Positions 8,027 to 16,002 of a DNA stretch of 38,184 nt are shown one piece after another. The position numbers and the translations under genes are program-made. Origin of the DNA: a virus (Duplodnaviria > Caudoviricetes). The notes below the pieces were generated by a model. It did not search any database and was not told where the DNA came from. It saw nothing but the letters and a program-made list of their open reading frames with translations. The DNA lies in IMG/VR virus record IMGVR_UViG_3300024232_000037, positions 1-38,184 of that record. One strand, given 5' to 3'. The first letter of the stretch is position 1; each line of letters starts with the position of its first letter.

Positions 8027-8491
8027 ATGTCCCCCCCCAACGAGCCGCAGGCTCCCGACCAATCCCAGCAGCGGCACGATGTGCGAGGCGAGCCCGGCGA
8101 CGATCGTATGCGGCACGGCGGCGGCTCCCCTGCGGTTGTTGTCGGCACGCTCGGCACGCTGGCCGATTGTGACGCGACGGCTACGCCTCCCGCAAGCGTC
8201 GGTACGATACCAAGCATTACCGAACCCAGTATCGCAGAGCTAAATATCGCGCCTTTCCCGCAGGTTGCGGATCACGCGCAACGATCTTGCGTTTTGACGG
8301 CGCCCGAAGCGGACAATAGTCCTGACCTATCGGCAATTCCCGTCAGTCGCGAGCCGGTGCCTGCTATTGCCCCGGACGCGGGAATAGATGCGGCGGCTGG
8401 CGAGACCTGCGACTGCTGCGGAGGGAGCGGGCGGCACGCCCATCTGCGGCACCTCGTGTGCAGCGAGTGCGGCGGGAGTGGCGTGCTGTGA
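8027..8491 (+). CDS. Protein with C-terminal DnaJ-type Zn finger (true start uncertain, possibly GTG 8357)
   Basis: CDCCGGSG..CSECGGSG; GAGGA SD before ATG 8027. Confidence 0.5.
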   Translation: MSPPNEPQAPDQSQQRHDVRGEPGDDRMRHGGGSPAVVVGTLGTLADCDATATPPASVGTIPSITEPSIAELNIAPFPQVADHAQRSCVLTAPEADNSPDLSAIPVSREPVPAIAPDAGIDAAAGETCDCCGGSGRHAHLRHLVCSECGGSGVL

Positions 8492-8679
8492 GAGGCAAGG
8501 CCCACATCGAGACGGTCACAAAAGGACCTTCTCAGCGCGTTCGGCGCCCTATCGCATACCGGGTTGTAGCCGATCGTAAAGAGATCGCCCGCTTCGAGAT
8601 CGACCCGAAAGATATGGACGCCGCGCTGACGAAAGCTCGGCAAGTTCTCAACGCATTCAACTTAACGGTCGTGTCGTGA
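8488..8679 (+). CDS. Hypothetical protein
   Basis: GTGA-coupled at both ends. Confidence 0.65.
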   Translation: MRGKAHIETVTKGPSQRVRRPIAYRVVADRKEIARFEIDPKDMDAALTKARQVLNAFNLTVVS

Positions 8680-8813
8680 TCGCTACCGCCATCATTGCCG
8701 CCGGCCTGCTCATCGTCGCAGCGTGGGTGCTCTCGCATCCCGTGCCGACGCCGCGACCGCCGAGCCGCGCGCCGGACCTGCGGTCGTTCGAACCCACCAG
8801 GGACAAGGACTGA
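8676..8813 (+). CDS. 45-aa single-TM protein
   Basis: MIATAIIAAGLLIVAAWVLSHPVPTPRPP.. (translated by hand). Confidence 0.55.
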   Translation: MIATAIIAAGLLIVAAWVLSHPVPTPRPPSRAPDLRSFEPTRDKD

Positions 8814-8817
8814 GGCC

Positions 8818-9057
8818 ATGGCCATCACCGTATTGCCCTGTCCCTGCTGCGACGGAACCGGGCGCGTTGCCACCTTCCTCGACCCGTATCATCGCCTCTC
8901 GCCATGTCCTGAATGCGACGGAAGTTCCGAGGCGCATTGCCACGTCCGAGGCTGCAACTACCTGGCGACCGACGCCGCCGTTGACGCGCTGGGCGGATGT
9001 TTCCCGATGTGCCAGCGGCATTTCGCTGAGCACATGGCGGAGGAAATCGAGGAATGA
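8818..9057 (+). CDS. Small double Zn-finger protein
   Basis: CPCCDGTG..CPECDGS, CHVRGC..CQRH. Confidence 0.65.
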   Translation: MAITVLPCPCCDGTGRVATFLDPYHRLSPCPECDGSSEAHCHVRGCNYLATDAAVDALGGCFPMCQRHFAEHMAEEIEE

Positions 9058-9233
9058 ACGCCGAGAACCTGCGCCCCATCCCCTGCGAATACTGCGGCGG
9101 CGATGGCGAGTGGGAGGAGATGTACTGGAACGGCCACGAGCCGGCCGCTCGGATGCATCGCTGCACCGCATGCAATGGCTCTGGCGAGGAGTGGATCGAG
9201 GTCGCGCCCATCGAGATGGAGGACCTACTGTGA
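9054..9233 (+). CDS. 59-aa DnaJ-type Zn-finger protein
   Basis: CEYCGGDG..CTACNGSG; ATGA/GTGA coupling (translated by hand). Confidence 0.7.
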   Translation: MNAENLRPIPCEYCGGDGEWEEMYWNGHEPAARMHRCTACNGSGEEWIEVAPIEMEDLL

Positions 9234-9424
9234 AGCATGGCGAGATACTGGCCGGCGCGAAGTTCTACGCCAGGGCAGCGGCATTTCGCGCTGTCCATGG
9301 GGTTATCCCGGAGCGCAATACCGAGGCCGACAACGCTAACTGGAAGCGGACGCGCGTCGATGTCCGCGACGGCTGCATTGAAATGGTCCGCGGCATTCTC
9401 GCGGCCTGCGAGGTCAAGACATGA
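9230..9424 (+). CDS. Hypothetical protein
   Basis: GGAGG SD, coupled at both ends. Confidence 0.6.
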   Translation: MKHGEILAGAKFYARAAAFRAVHGVIPERNTEADNANWKRTRVDVRDGCIEMVRGILAACEVKT

Positions 9425-9588
9425 GCCCCGAGAACATCGCCAAGGTTGACGCCTACTGCGCGCAGATCAGCGCGTTGGCCGACAGCTTGAACCACCTCTA
9501 CGCCGAGCTCTGCGAGATGCGTGACGAGATGCGTGATCTGCTCGGCGACGAACGCCAGGAGCCATTGCCACTCAGGAGGGCCGCATGA
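9421..9588 (+). CDS. 55-aa helical protein
   Basis: MSPENIAKVDAYCAQISALADSLNHLYAELCEMRDEMRDLL..; coupled. Confidence 0.6.
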   Translation: MSPENIAKVDAYCAQISALADSLNHLYAELCEMRDEMRDLLGDERQEPLPLRRAA

Positions 9589-9767
9589 CCGACTATTGGC
9601 AGACGCTACGCAACGCCAGCGTTCAGCCGTTCCGCTTCCCCTGCGTCGAATGTCTTGGCTCGCGTGACGATCAGATCACCGAGACGCTGATGGATGAGGA
9701 GGGGCAACCGTTGTGCCGCCGATGCTGGGAGATTGCTTACGGGCAGGAGAGCGGGACCAATGGCTGA
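9585..9767 (+). CDS. Small Zn-ribbon protein
   Basis: CVEC..CRRC; AGGAGG SD. Confidence 0.65.
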   Translation: MTDYWQTLRNASVQPFRFPCVECLGSRDDQITETLMDEEGQPLCRRCWEIAYGQESGTNG

Positions 9768-10224
9768 CATCTCACCTTTCAAGCTGACGGCGGCGATGAG
9801 TGCCGTTTCGCAGTTGAAGGCGGAACTTTCCGAGTATGCCAGCGAGGACATCCTGGCCAGCATCGAGTCCGAAACTGACGCTCTGGAGCTAATGGACAAG
9901 CTGATCGAGCGCGTCATGGCCGACGAAGCACTGGCCGACAGCGCCAAGCTACGCGCCAAGCGTCTGGAGGAACGCGCCGACGGCAACCGCGTGGTGCTCC
10001 GCGCCATGATGGTGGCGATTGCCGAGAAGGTGCAGCGCCCGCTTGCCACCCTGTCGGTCAGCTACCACACGAAGGCTATCGTGACCGATGCCACTGCGCT
10101 GCCCGAGGAGCTGATCCGCCGGGCGCCCGACATGAAGTTGATAGAGCGGGCGTTGAAAGATGGCGATGTGCCGGGCGTGACGAAAAGCAACCTCCAGCCA
10201 CGACTGACGATAAGGAAGACCTGA
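9760..10224 (+). CDS. Siphovirus Gp157 family protein
   Basis: SIESETDALE coiled coil, LPEELIR..PDMKLIERALKDGDVPGV..LTIR. Confidence 0.8.
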   Translation: MADISPFKLTAAMSAVSQLKAELSEYASEDILASIESETDALELMDKLIERVMADEALADSAKLRAKRLEERADGNRVVLRAMMVAIAEKVQRPLATLSVSYHTKAIVTDATALPEELIRRAPDMKLIERALKDGDVPGVTKSNLQPRLTIRKT

Positions 10225-10225
10225 T

Positions 10226-11089
10226 ATGAACGCCATCATTCCTAAGCCACCGGAGCCTAGCTCCCTGTCCTACTCCGAGATTGCACAGCTTGGCGACGCC
10301 ATTGCCAAGTCTGGCCTGTTCGGCATGAAGACCAAGGAACAGGCAATCGCTCTGATGATGATCGCCCATGCCGAAGGCCGCCACCCGGCGCTGGCCGCCC
10401 GTGACTATGACGTGATCCAGGGCAAGCCAGCGAAGAAGTCAGAGGCAATGATGCGTGACTTCATCCAGGCCGGCGGCAAGGTCGAATGGCATGCGCTGTC
10501 GGATACGAAGGCCGATGCCACATTCACCCATCCGCAGACTGGCAGCGTCCGCATCGACTGGGATATGGCGCGGGCCACCACGGCGGGCTTCGCCGGCAAG
10601 GACAACTGGAGAAAGTTCCCGCGTTCGATGCTGCGCAGCCGTGTCGTATCGGAGGGCGTGCGGACGATCTGGCCACTGGCAACGAGCGGGATGTATGTTC
10701 CCGAGGAAGCGGCTGACTTCACCGGCCAGACCATCGACCACACCGAGGAGCCGGAGCCGGATGCCCGCGACGCGCTGAACGCCACGGTGCCCATCCGCCC
10801 TGCCGCTGCTGCCACGCCCCGGCCTCCCCGCGTCGCTGAAAAGCCGTCAGGCGAGCGCACCGACGAACAGTGGCGGGTATGGCTGGACAAGCTGCGGGCC
10901 GCCTGTGGCGTGCTCTACAGCCGCGCTGAGGTGGTGGAGATCGGCGAGCGGGCATCAGTAGCCGACGCTATCGCCAAGGGGCCGCCATGGGTGCGGCAGG
11001 AGACAAGTGCCATCCTGGCCGAAGCGTATGCCAAGCACCCGGAGGCAGACGACGCCGACGCCTCGCACGAGCCGGAGGGGGTGGCGTGA
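10226..11089 (+). CDS. RecT/Redbeta-like single-strand annealing protein
   Basis: IAKSGLF, VIQGKP, AGFAGKDNWRKFPRSMLRSR, SGMYVPEE. Confidence 0.8.
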   Translation: MNAIIPKPPEPSSLSYSEIAQLGDAIAKSGLFGMKTKEQAIALMMIAHAEGRHPALAARDYDVIQGKPAKKSEAMMRDFIQAGGKVEWHALSDTKADATFTHPQTGSVRIDWDMARATTAGFAGKDNWRKFPRSMLRSRVVSEGVRTIWPLATSGMYVPEEAADFTGQTIDHTEEPEPDARDALNATVPIRPAAAATPRPPRVAEKPSGERTDEQWRVWLDKLRAACGVLYSRAEVVEIGERASVADAIAKGPPWVRQETSAILAEAYAKHPEADDADASHEPEGVA

Positions 11090-11304
11090 TGGCTGACGGT
11101 AAATCCAAAACGACCACCAAGCCCTTCTCCTGGCCGACGCTAGGATCATGCGTCAAATCGTGGGAAGGGACGTGCGACCACTGCGGGCAGCCATACCCGC
11201 CTGATACGCGCATCACGTCCCGCTGGTCTAAGACGCGGTTCACCATCGCCTGCCAATGCAGCCCGGCGCAGTGGGTCACGATGGAGGTTGGTAGTGGAAG
11301 GTAA
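11089..11304 (+). CDS. Small Cys-rich protein
   Basis: CDHCG..CQC; GGAGG SD. Confidence 0.55.
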   Translation: MADGKSKTTTKPFSWPTLGSCVKSWEGTCDHCGQPYPPDTRITSRWSKTRFTIACQCSPAQWVTMEVGSGR

Positions 11305-11318
11305 AAACCAAACCACGG

Positions 11319-11561
11319 TCAGCTTCCCGCGGGCGCCGTCACCACCAGACCGTTCATAGCCGCGCAGGCTGCCTTCGCAGCCAGATCAGCCTTGGCAATG
11401 TTCCCCTGATCCTCGGGCTTGGCGTCGATCACGATCGCGACCGGAACCGCTTGGCTTTCGACGGCACAAGCGACCGTCACCGCATTATGGACCTGCTGGG
11501 CCTGCTGCTGGGTGCAGGCAGCGACGAGGATGGCAAGGGTGATGAGGCGGTTCATGTTCAT
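11319..11561 (-). CDS. Small lipoprotein
   Basis: MNRLITLAILVAAC lipobox-like signal; two further Cys. Confidence 0.65.
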   Translation of the reverse strand: MNMNRLITLAILVAACTQQQAQQVHNAVTVACAVESQAVPVAIVIDAKPEDQGNIAKADLAAKAACAAMNGLVVTAPAGS

Positions 11562-11731
11562 AGCCCCCGCCAATAAGTGCCGCCGCCGAACAGCAGAAGC
11601 ACGACCAGGACCACGAGGATCAGACCCACGATCCCGATGCCACCGCCGCCGTAGTAGCCCGACCGATAGCCGTAGAATCCTCCTCCCCCGAGAAGTAAAA
11701 CCAGCACGAGGACTATTAATAATAAACTCAT
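11558..11731 (-). CDS. 57-aa Gly-rich two-TM protein, DUF3309-like
   Basis: MSLLLIVLVLVLLLGGGGFYGYRSGYYGGGGIGIVGLILVVLVVLLLFGG (translated by hand). Confidence 0.75.
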   Translation of the reverse strand: MSLLLIVLVLVLLLGGGGFYGYRSGYYGGGGIGIVGLILVVLVVLLLFGGGTYWRGL

Positions 11732-11733
11732 AA

Positions 11734-12045
11734 CTAAGTCTCCTCTTCCTCAGTCGCAGACCAGGCGTATCCGACATCGAACGCTACGGTGATGAGCGCA
11801 GCCATACCTAGATCGCGGGCCGCGTCGTTGATGCGAGCAACATGGACATGCAACGCATGACGCACCCGTAGGTCATACGGTGTATCTGGCCACATCTCAG
11901 CGGCGAGGGCCTGGTATTTCACGACGTGGCCAGCGTGTCGGATCAGCGTCTCGACCAGTCGGAACGCCGACCGTTTGCCGCCTTGGCTTGACAGGGTTAT
12001 GGCCCCGTAGGGAAAGACCAGACGGTTTCCCTCCAGGTGCGCCAT
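11734..12045 (-). CDS. Stand-alone OmpR/PhoB-type winged-helix protein
   Basis: FRLVETLIRHAGHVVKYQALAAEMW..LHVHVARIN..ITVAFDVGY. Confidence 0.7.
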   Translation of the reverse strand: MAHLEGNRLVFPYGAITLSSQGGKRSAFRLVETLIRHAGHVVKYQALAAEMWPDTPYDLRVRHALHVHVARINDAARDLGMAALITVAFDVGYAWSATEEEET

Positions 12046-12356
12046 TACCTACCAGCCGCCGGATCGGTTGGGGTGGTGGTCGTGGTCGTCGCGGCGGGAG
12101 TGGTGGTAGTGATGGTGGTAGGGATTGCTCCAACTAACGCCGCATCCTTGGCCTGGCTCCCCTTGCTGGAGCCGAAGAAAAACCCCGTGACGCTCCCAAG
12201 CCCGGTGCCGACCACAAGGCCGCCGATGGTGTTGCGCATTGCGCTGTCACCGAGCACGAACACCCCGGCCACTGTCCCAGCGGTGATCGCCAGCACCACC
12301 ATGGCAATGACCACCTGAGGCGACCAAAGGCTGTCTTGCGATACGCTTCCGCTCAC
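12045..12356 (-). CDS. Holin-like two-TM protein with Thr-rich tail
   Basis: Two TM segments, FFFGSSKGSQAKD motif. Confidence 0.65.
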   Translation of the reverse strand: MSGSVSQDSLWSPQVVIAMVVLAITAGTVAGVFVLGDSAMRNTIGGLVVGTGLGSVTGFFFGSSKGSQAKDAALVGAIPTTITTTTPAATTTTTTPTDPAAGR

Positions 12357-13960
12357 TGATGCACCTCGATGACCTGTAGATCAGGTTGGCGCATGGTAAA
12401 GCTGATGCCATTGCCCGGAGCGATAACCTGCGTCGTCGGCGTAGCGACCAGCGGATTGCCAAAGGAATAGAGCACGATCTTGCTCTTTGGTCCGGCATTG
12501 AAGGCCACGCCGATCTGCGAGGTCGCGCCACTAGCCGCATCCTGCTCGTTCCAGAACGCTACGAGGAACACACCATCGGAACGCTGCATCACGCCGAAAC
12601 TGCCGCCCGACGAGTTGTTGTATCCGAGCGGCAATCCGGTCACCGTCATATCGAGCCGGCCCGGCACAAAAGAGGCCGCGGTAGCGCCGCTATCTCCACA
12701 GATTTTGATCAGGTTCGACATCAAGGTGGCGGCCGGCCGCATCGATGTCGGGTCACAGCCATGGAACAGCCCCACCGGCTTGGCGAAGGTGTTGGCGTAA
12801 TCCCACAGGCAGAACCAGGTCAGAATTTGCTGCTGCCAGTCGAGCGCGCCGGATAGCTTGGCGAAGGCGGTATAGAGCGCGCCCAGCGTCTCGTCTGCCG
12901 TGTTGTTGTAGAGCAGCGGATGGAACTCGCTGGTAGCCGGAGGCAGCCCGCCATAGGTCCTGCTGATCCCCTCGGTCCTGGCCTGTAACTCGTGGTTGGG
13001 ACTGCCGCGGTTTGGGTAGTTGTGGATATTCGCCAGGTCGGATGCGGCGATGATCGACTGTAGGGTGGACGCAGAGCCGTAGTAGTTCTGGATAAAGTTC
13101 GGATCGCCGGTCATGTCGGCCACCGATGGCGACATGGTCGGAATCCCCGCAGCCTGCGCGGCGGCATAGACTTTCTGCTGGGCTGACAGGCATTGTGCCG
13201 GGGTAGTCGGGCCAAAGCCAAAGCTGGCGGTGTTATTCGGCTCATTATAACCCTCAGCGCACTTCAACCAGCCCCCATCTGCCTTGGAGGCTTGGATGAT
13301 CTGTACAAGCCCGTCGGCGCTGGCGAAGTCGCTGACACAAGCCGTAAAGCGTGCGTTGGGAAATCCAGCCAGGACATTTCGACACCAAGCGATCTGCGCG
13401 GTAGGGTCGGCCGCGGCGTATATCCGAAGCAACGGAACGATGCCCGAACTACCCCAGATCGCGCGTAGAGCCGCCACATGTGCGTCAGGACCAGCATTGG
13501 ACCCCGCACCATCCTGGCCGTTCGGAAAGCAGTTGGCGCCGAAACCATTAAGCACATCGACCACGCGATGTGCCATTATTCCGCTCGGATCACTAACGGG
13601 TCCCACCGGCTGGGGTGGCACAACTACGGTGGGATCGGATGAGGCCAGCCAGGCCGTGCCGGTCCACTGATACCAGGCCCCCGAGGTCTTCATGAAATAC
13701 AAGAGGTGGTTGAAGTAGACCGCCTTCACGACCGGCGGCGTAAAGCCGTCCTGGTAGCCATTGATACACAGCACCGCGCTGGCATCGACGGTCCAGCGAT
13801 CGAGCTGCGCATCGTAAATAACGCCGCTGCCGGCAGAGATCGTCGTTCCGCTGGGCGATTCCCCGGTTATCGGTGGTGGCTTCGGCTGCGCGGCCTCGAG
13901 CGCAGCGACACGCGATGACAGCGCGTCGAAGTCGGCAGCAGTCGGAACCTGAACGCTCAT
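12353..13960 (-). CDS. Clan GH-A-like glycoside hydrolase with N-terminal Trp-rich beta domain
   Basis: EGYNEPNN acid/base, ANIHNYP, ATSEF nucleophile-like motif; start MSVQVP at 13960. Confidence 0.7.
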   Translation of the reverse strand: MSVQVPTAADFDALSSRVAALEAAQPKPPPITGESPSGTTISAGSGVIYDAQLDRWTVDASAVLCINGYQDGFTPPVVKAVYFNHLLYFMKTSGAWYQWTGTAWLASSDPTVVVPPQPVGPVSDPSGIMAHRVVDVLNGFGANCFPNGQDGAGSNAGPDAHVAALRAIWGSSGIVPLLRIYAAADPTAQIAWCRNVLAGFPNARFTACVSDFASADGLVQIIQASKADGGWLKCAEGYNEPNNTASFGFGPTTPAQCLSAQQKVYAAAQAAGIPTMSPSVADMTGDPNFIQNYYGSASTLQSIIAASDLANIHNYPNRGSPNHELQARTEGISRTYGGLPPATSEFHPLLYNNTADETLGALYTAFAKLSGALDWQQQILTWFCLWDYANTFAKPVGLFHGCDPTSMRPAATLMSNLIKICGDSGATAASFVPGRLDMTVTGLPLGYNNSSGGSFGVMQRSDGVFLVAFWNEQDAASGATSQIGVAFNAGPKSKIVLYSFGNPLVATPTTQVIAPGNGISFTMRQPDLQVIEVHQ

Positions 13961-14229
13961 TTCCGTCCCTCCGCTGCCAGCACGGCAGCCCGTAGCCTCT
14001 GGTAATCGAGCGCGCAGCGATCCCGCTCTGCGATGGCTGCATTCGCGACCTGAGCCGCAGTACGAGCCCATGCCAGAAGTTGCAGAATGCTGCGGTCAGT
14101 CGGTGGGGGCTTTGGCAGGGAAGCGGCCGTCTGGCAGAACGGCGGCGCATCCGGCGGCATGATCGCCACGGGCGGCGCTGGGGCGGCAGCACAGCCGGCG
14201 AGGACCAGCGCCAGGGCAATCACCCTCAT
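13957..14229 (-). CDS. o-spanin (Rz1)-like lipoprotein
   Basis: LAGC lipobox, Pro-rich, two further Cys. Confidence 0.65.
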   Translation of the reverse strand: MRVIALALVLAGCAAAPAPPVAIMPPDAPPFCQTAASLPKPPPTDRSILQLLAWARTAAQVANAAIAERDRCALDYQRLRAAVLAAEGRK

Positions 14230-14666
14230 CTCGGCCGCGGCCCTACCAGAGGCGCCCGCAGCGCGTCGCGGACCTCTGCGCGCAGGTCTGCAACACTTTG
14301 CTTTAGCTCGGCGTTGGCCTGCCGCTCGTTGTTCCTAGCTTCGGCGTCGGCTTGCTGCGCCCGCTTCTCTACCGCGTCTATAACGCCACGCAGATCGGCG
14401 AGCTTCCCAACAATGGCGTCTAGCTCTGCGCCCTTGACGCCTAGCTTCATGCGGTCCGACTGGTATGCCTCGATACTCCGGTTGATCGCGTCTACGCTGC
14501 GCTGGAGCGTCGCGACCTGGGTGGTTAGCTCGCCCATCTCCCGGTCATCGCGCCCGCTGTGGCCGTCGATAACCTTCCAGCCGCCGCCTAGGCCGGCCAG
14601 CATCGCCAGGACCAGCACGCCGTCCTTCCGGTTCCAGCCCCAAGGCGCCGCCTCATCACCGGGCAA
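14226..14666 (-). CDS. TM plus coiled-coil protein, i-spanin-like
   Basis: N-proximal TM, long coiled coil, overlaps the lipoprotein gene. Confidence 0.5.
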   Translation of the reverse strand: MPGDEAAPWGWNRKDGVLVLAMLAGLGGGWKVIDGHSGRDDREMGELTTQVATLQRSVDAINRSIEAYQSDRMKLGVKGAELDAIVGKLADLRGVIDAVEKRAQQADAEARNNERQANAELKQSVADLRAEVRDALRAPLVGPRPR

Positions 14667-14925
14667 GCGACATCATCCCCACGAGCCATCGGATAACGAT
14701 TGGCCCGGCTGAGGACGCCAGAAGAACCAGGAGGCCGACCGACACGCCGGAGCCGAGGCCGCTGAACCAAGTCTGGCGGCGCTGACGACGTTCATACTCG
14801 GATGCCATGTAGGCGAGGAGCTTCCCGAATTTCTCTCGATCACCAGGTAAAGAAGGATCAAAGCCACCGGCCATAAACATGCGAGACGCAGCACTCTCCC
14901 GTCCGGCCGGGCGCTCATCGTACAC
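14656..14925 (-). CDS. C-terminal TM protein (holin/antiholin candidate)
   Basis: Single hydrophobic C-terminal segment; first gene of the cassette; start uncertain. Confidence 0.55.
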   Translation of the reverse strand: MYDERPAGRESAASRMFMAGGFDPSLPGDREKFGKLLAYMASEYERRQRRQTWFSGLGSGVSVGLLVLLASSAGPIVIRWLVGMMSLAR

Positions 14926-14956
14926 GTGAGTGAGAGGGTGTGAGGAATATTACACC

Positions 14957-15112
14957 TTGAAAACCGTCTAAGGATGTAAATAATGGGGATACGGGCGCCA
15001 AAGCGGTCCGCGTTGGACCTCGGGGGGTGCCTGGCTGTGTCATCCTCTGTCCCTCTCATGGACGGGGGGTGGGCCTGGCCGGCACTGGGGGTGCAACCCT
15101 GGTGCCGGTTCG
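14957..15112 (+). ncRNA. Putative antisense sRNA unit
   Basis: TTGAAA-N16-AATAAT; hairpin 15078-15109 with G-U pairs valid on + strand. Confidence 0.35.
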
Positions 15113-15164
15113 CGCTAGACGCTAGCGCCTGCGCAATGATGTTTCAAGCATTAGGTTGCAGATG

Positions 15165-15704
15165 CTACTGCGCCGGGAAGTAGTGCGCCACCGCCGATTG
15201 AATCTGGATTGAGTTGGCGGTCGCGGTTGTCGCGTTCTGAGCCGTCAGTGACAGCGTGAGCGGAGAAGCGTCGTTGACCGCAGCGGTCGTGCCATTCTGC
15301 GCGATGTTGTTCGTGGCGTTGTTGTTGAAATACCACAGCGACTGAGTGCTCGATCCGGTCTTTATGATCCAGCAATCCAGCAGCCACGTCGTATTCGACG
15401 CCGCTCCGTTGGTGGCGGTACAGGTCGTCGTGCCGCCTAGTTTGACACGGATCGACTTGGTGTCGGTGGTCCCGGCAGAGACGCCGCGCCCGGTAAAGTG
15501 GATTGCATCACCTACGTTCACCAGACTGACCGTGCCTGTATAGGCAGCAAGCGCATCCTCTGTCGTGTCGGCGCCGTTCCCTTGTAGGGTGCTGCCGGAA
15601 AATATGAGCTGGACCCTAGACGGGGTAGACGTAACGGTTTGCGCTGTCGCTGGACCGACCGCCAGTGTTACGATGAGAGCCGCAGCCAGGAGCAACCTAC
15701 TCAT
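15165..15704 (-). CDS. Beta-rich protein with Sec signal peptide
   Basis: MSRLLLAAALIVTLAVGPATA-Q; Thr/Asn-rich beta-sandwich-like body. Confidence 0.7.
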   Translation of the reverse strand: MSRLLLAAALIVTLAVGPATAQTVTSTPSRVQLIFSGSTLQGNGADTTEDALAAYTGTVSLVNVGDAIHFTGRGVSAGTTDTKSIRVKLGGTTTCTATNGAASNTTWLLDCWIIKTGSSTQSLWYFNNNATNNIAQNGTTAAVNDASPLTLSLTAQNATTATANSIQIQSAVAHYFPAQ

Positions 15705-15834
15705 GGGACCACCTATCAATGCCGAGTTCATCGGCACGCTGTTGGAGATAGCGTGCGCCAAGACTCTGGAGAGCGCGCACGCCATAGCTCTCGAAGCTCT
15801 GCTCGCCATGGGGATCAACATTCCCAGCGATCAC
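15697..15834 (-). CDS. 45-aa hypothetical protein
   Basis: GTGA-coupled, fills the gap in the late operon. Confidence 0.4.
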   Translation of the reverse strand: MIAGNVDPHGEQSFESYGVRALQSLGARYLQQRADELGIDRWSHE

Positions 15835-15992
15835 GCGGCGTCGTCGGACACCACATGCATCGGCACCGGCTGCTGCCTGTCGGCCGACTGAGCCTCCGCC
15901 TGCTTCTGCATCAGTAGCCGCATAACGGGATCACGGGCAGCGATCTCATTGAGTAGAAACTGAACTTCTTCCGGCGATAGGGTGACATTCAT
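15831..15992 (-). CDS. 53-aa probable tail-fibre chaperone
   Basis: MNVTLSPEEVQFLLNEIAARDPVMRLL..; directly after a fibre gene. Confidence 0.55.
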   Translation of the reverse strand: MNVTLSPEEVQFLLNEIAARDPVMRLLMQKQAEAQSADRQQPVPMHVVSDDAA

Positions 15993-16002
15993 ATGGATTA
16001 TC

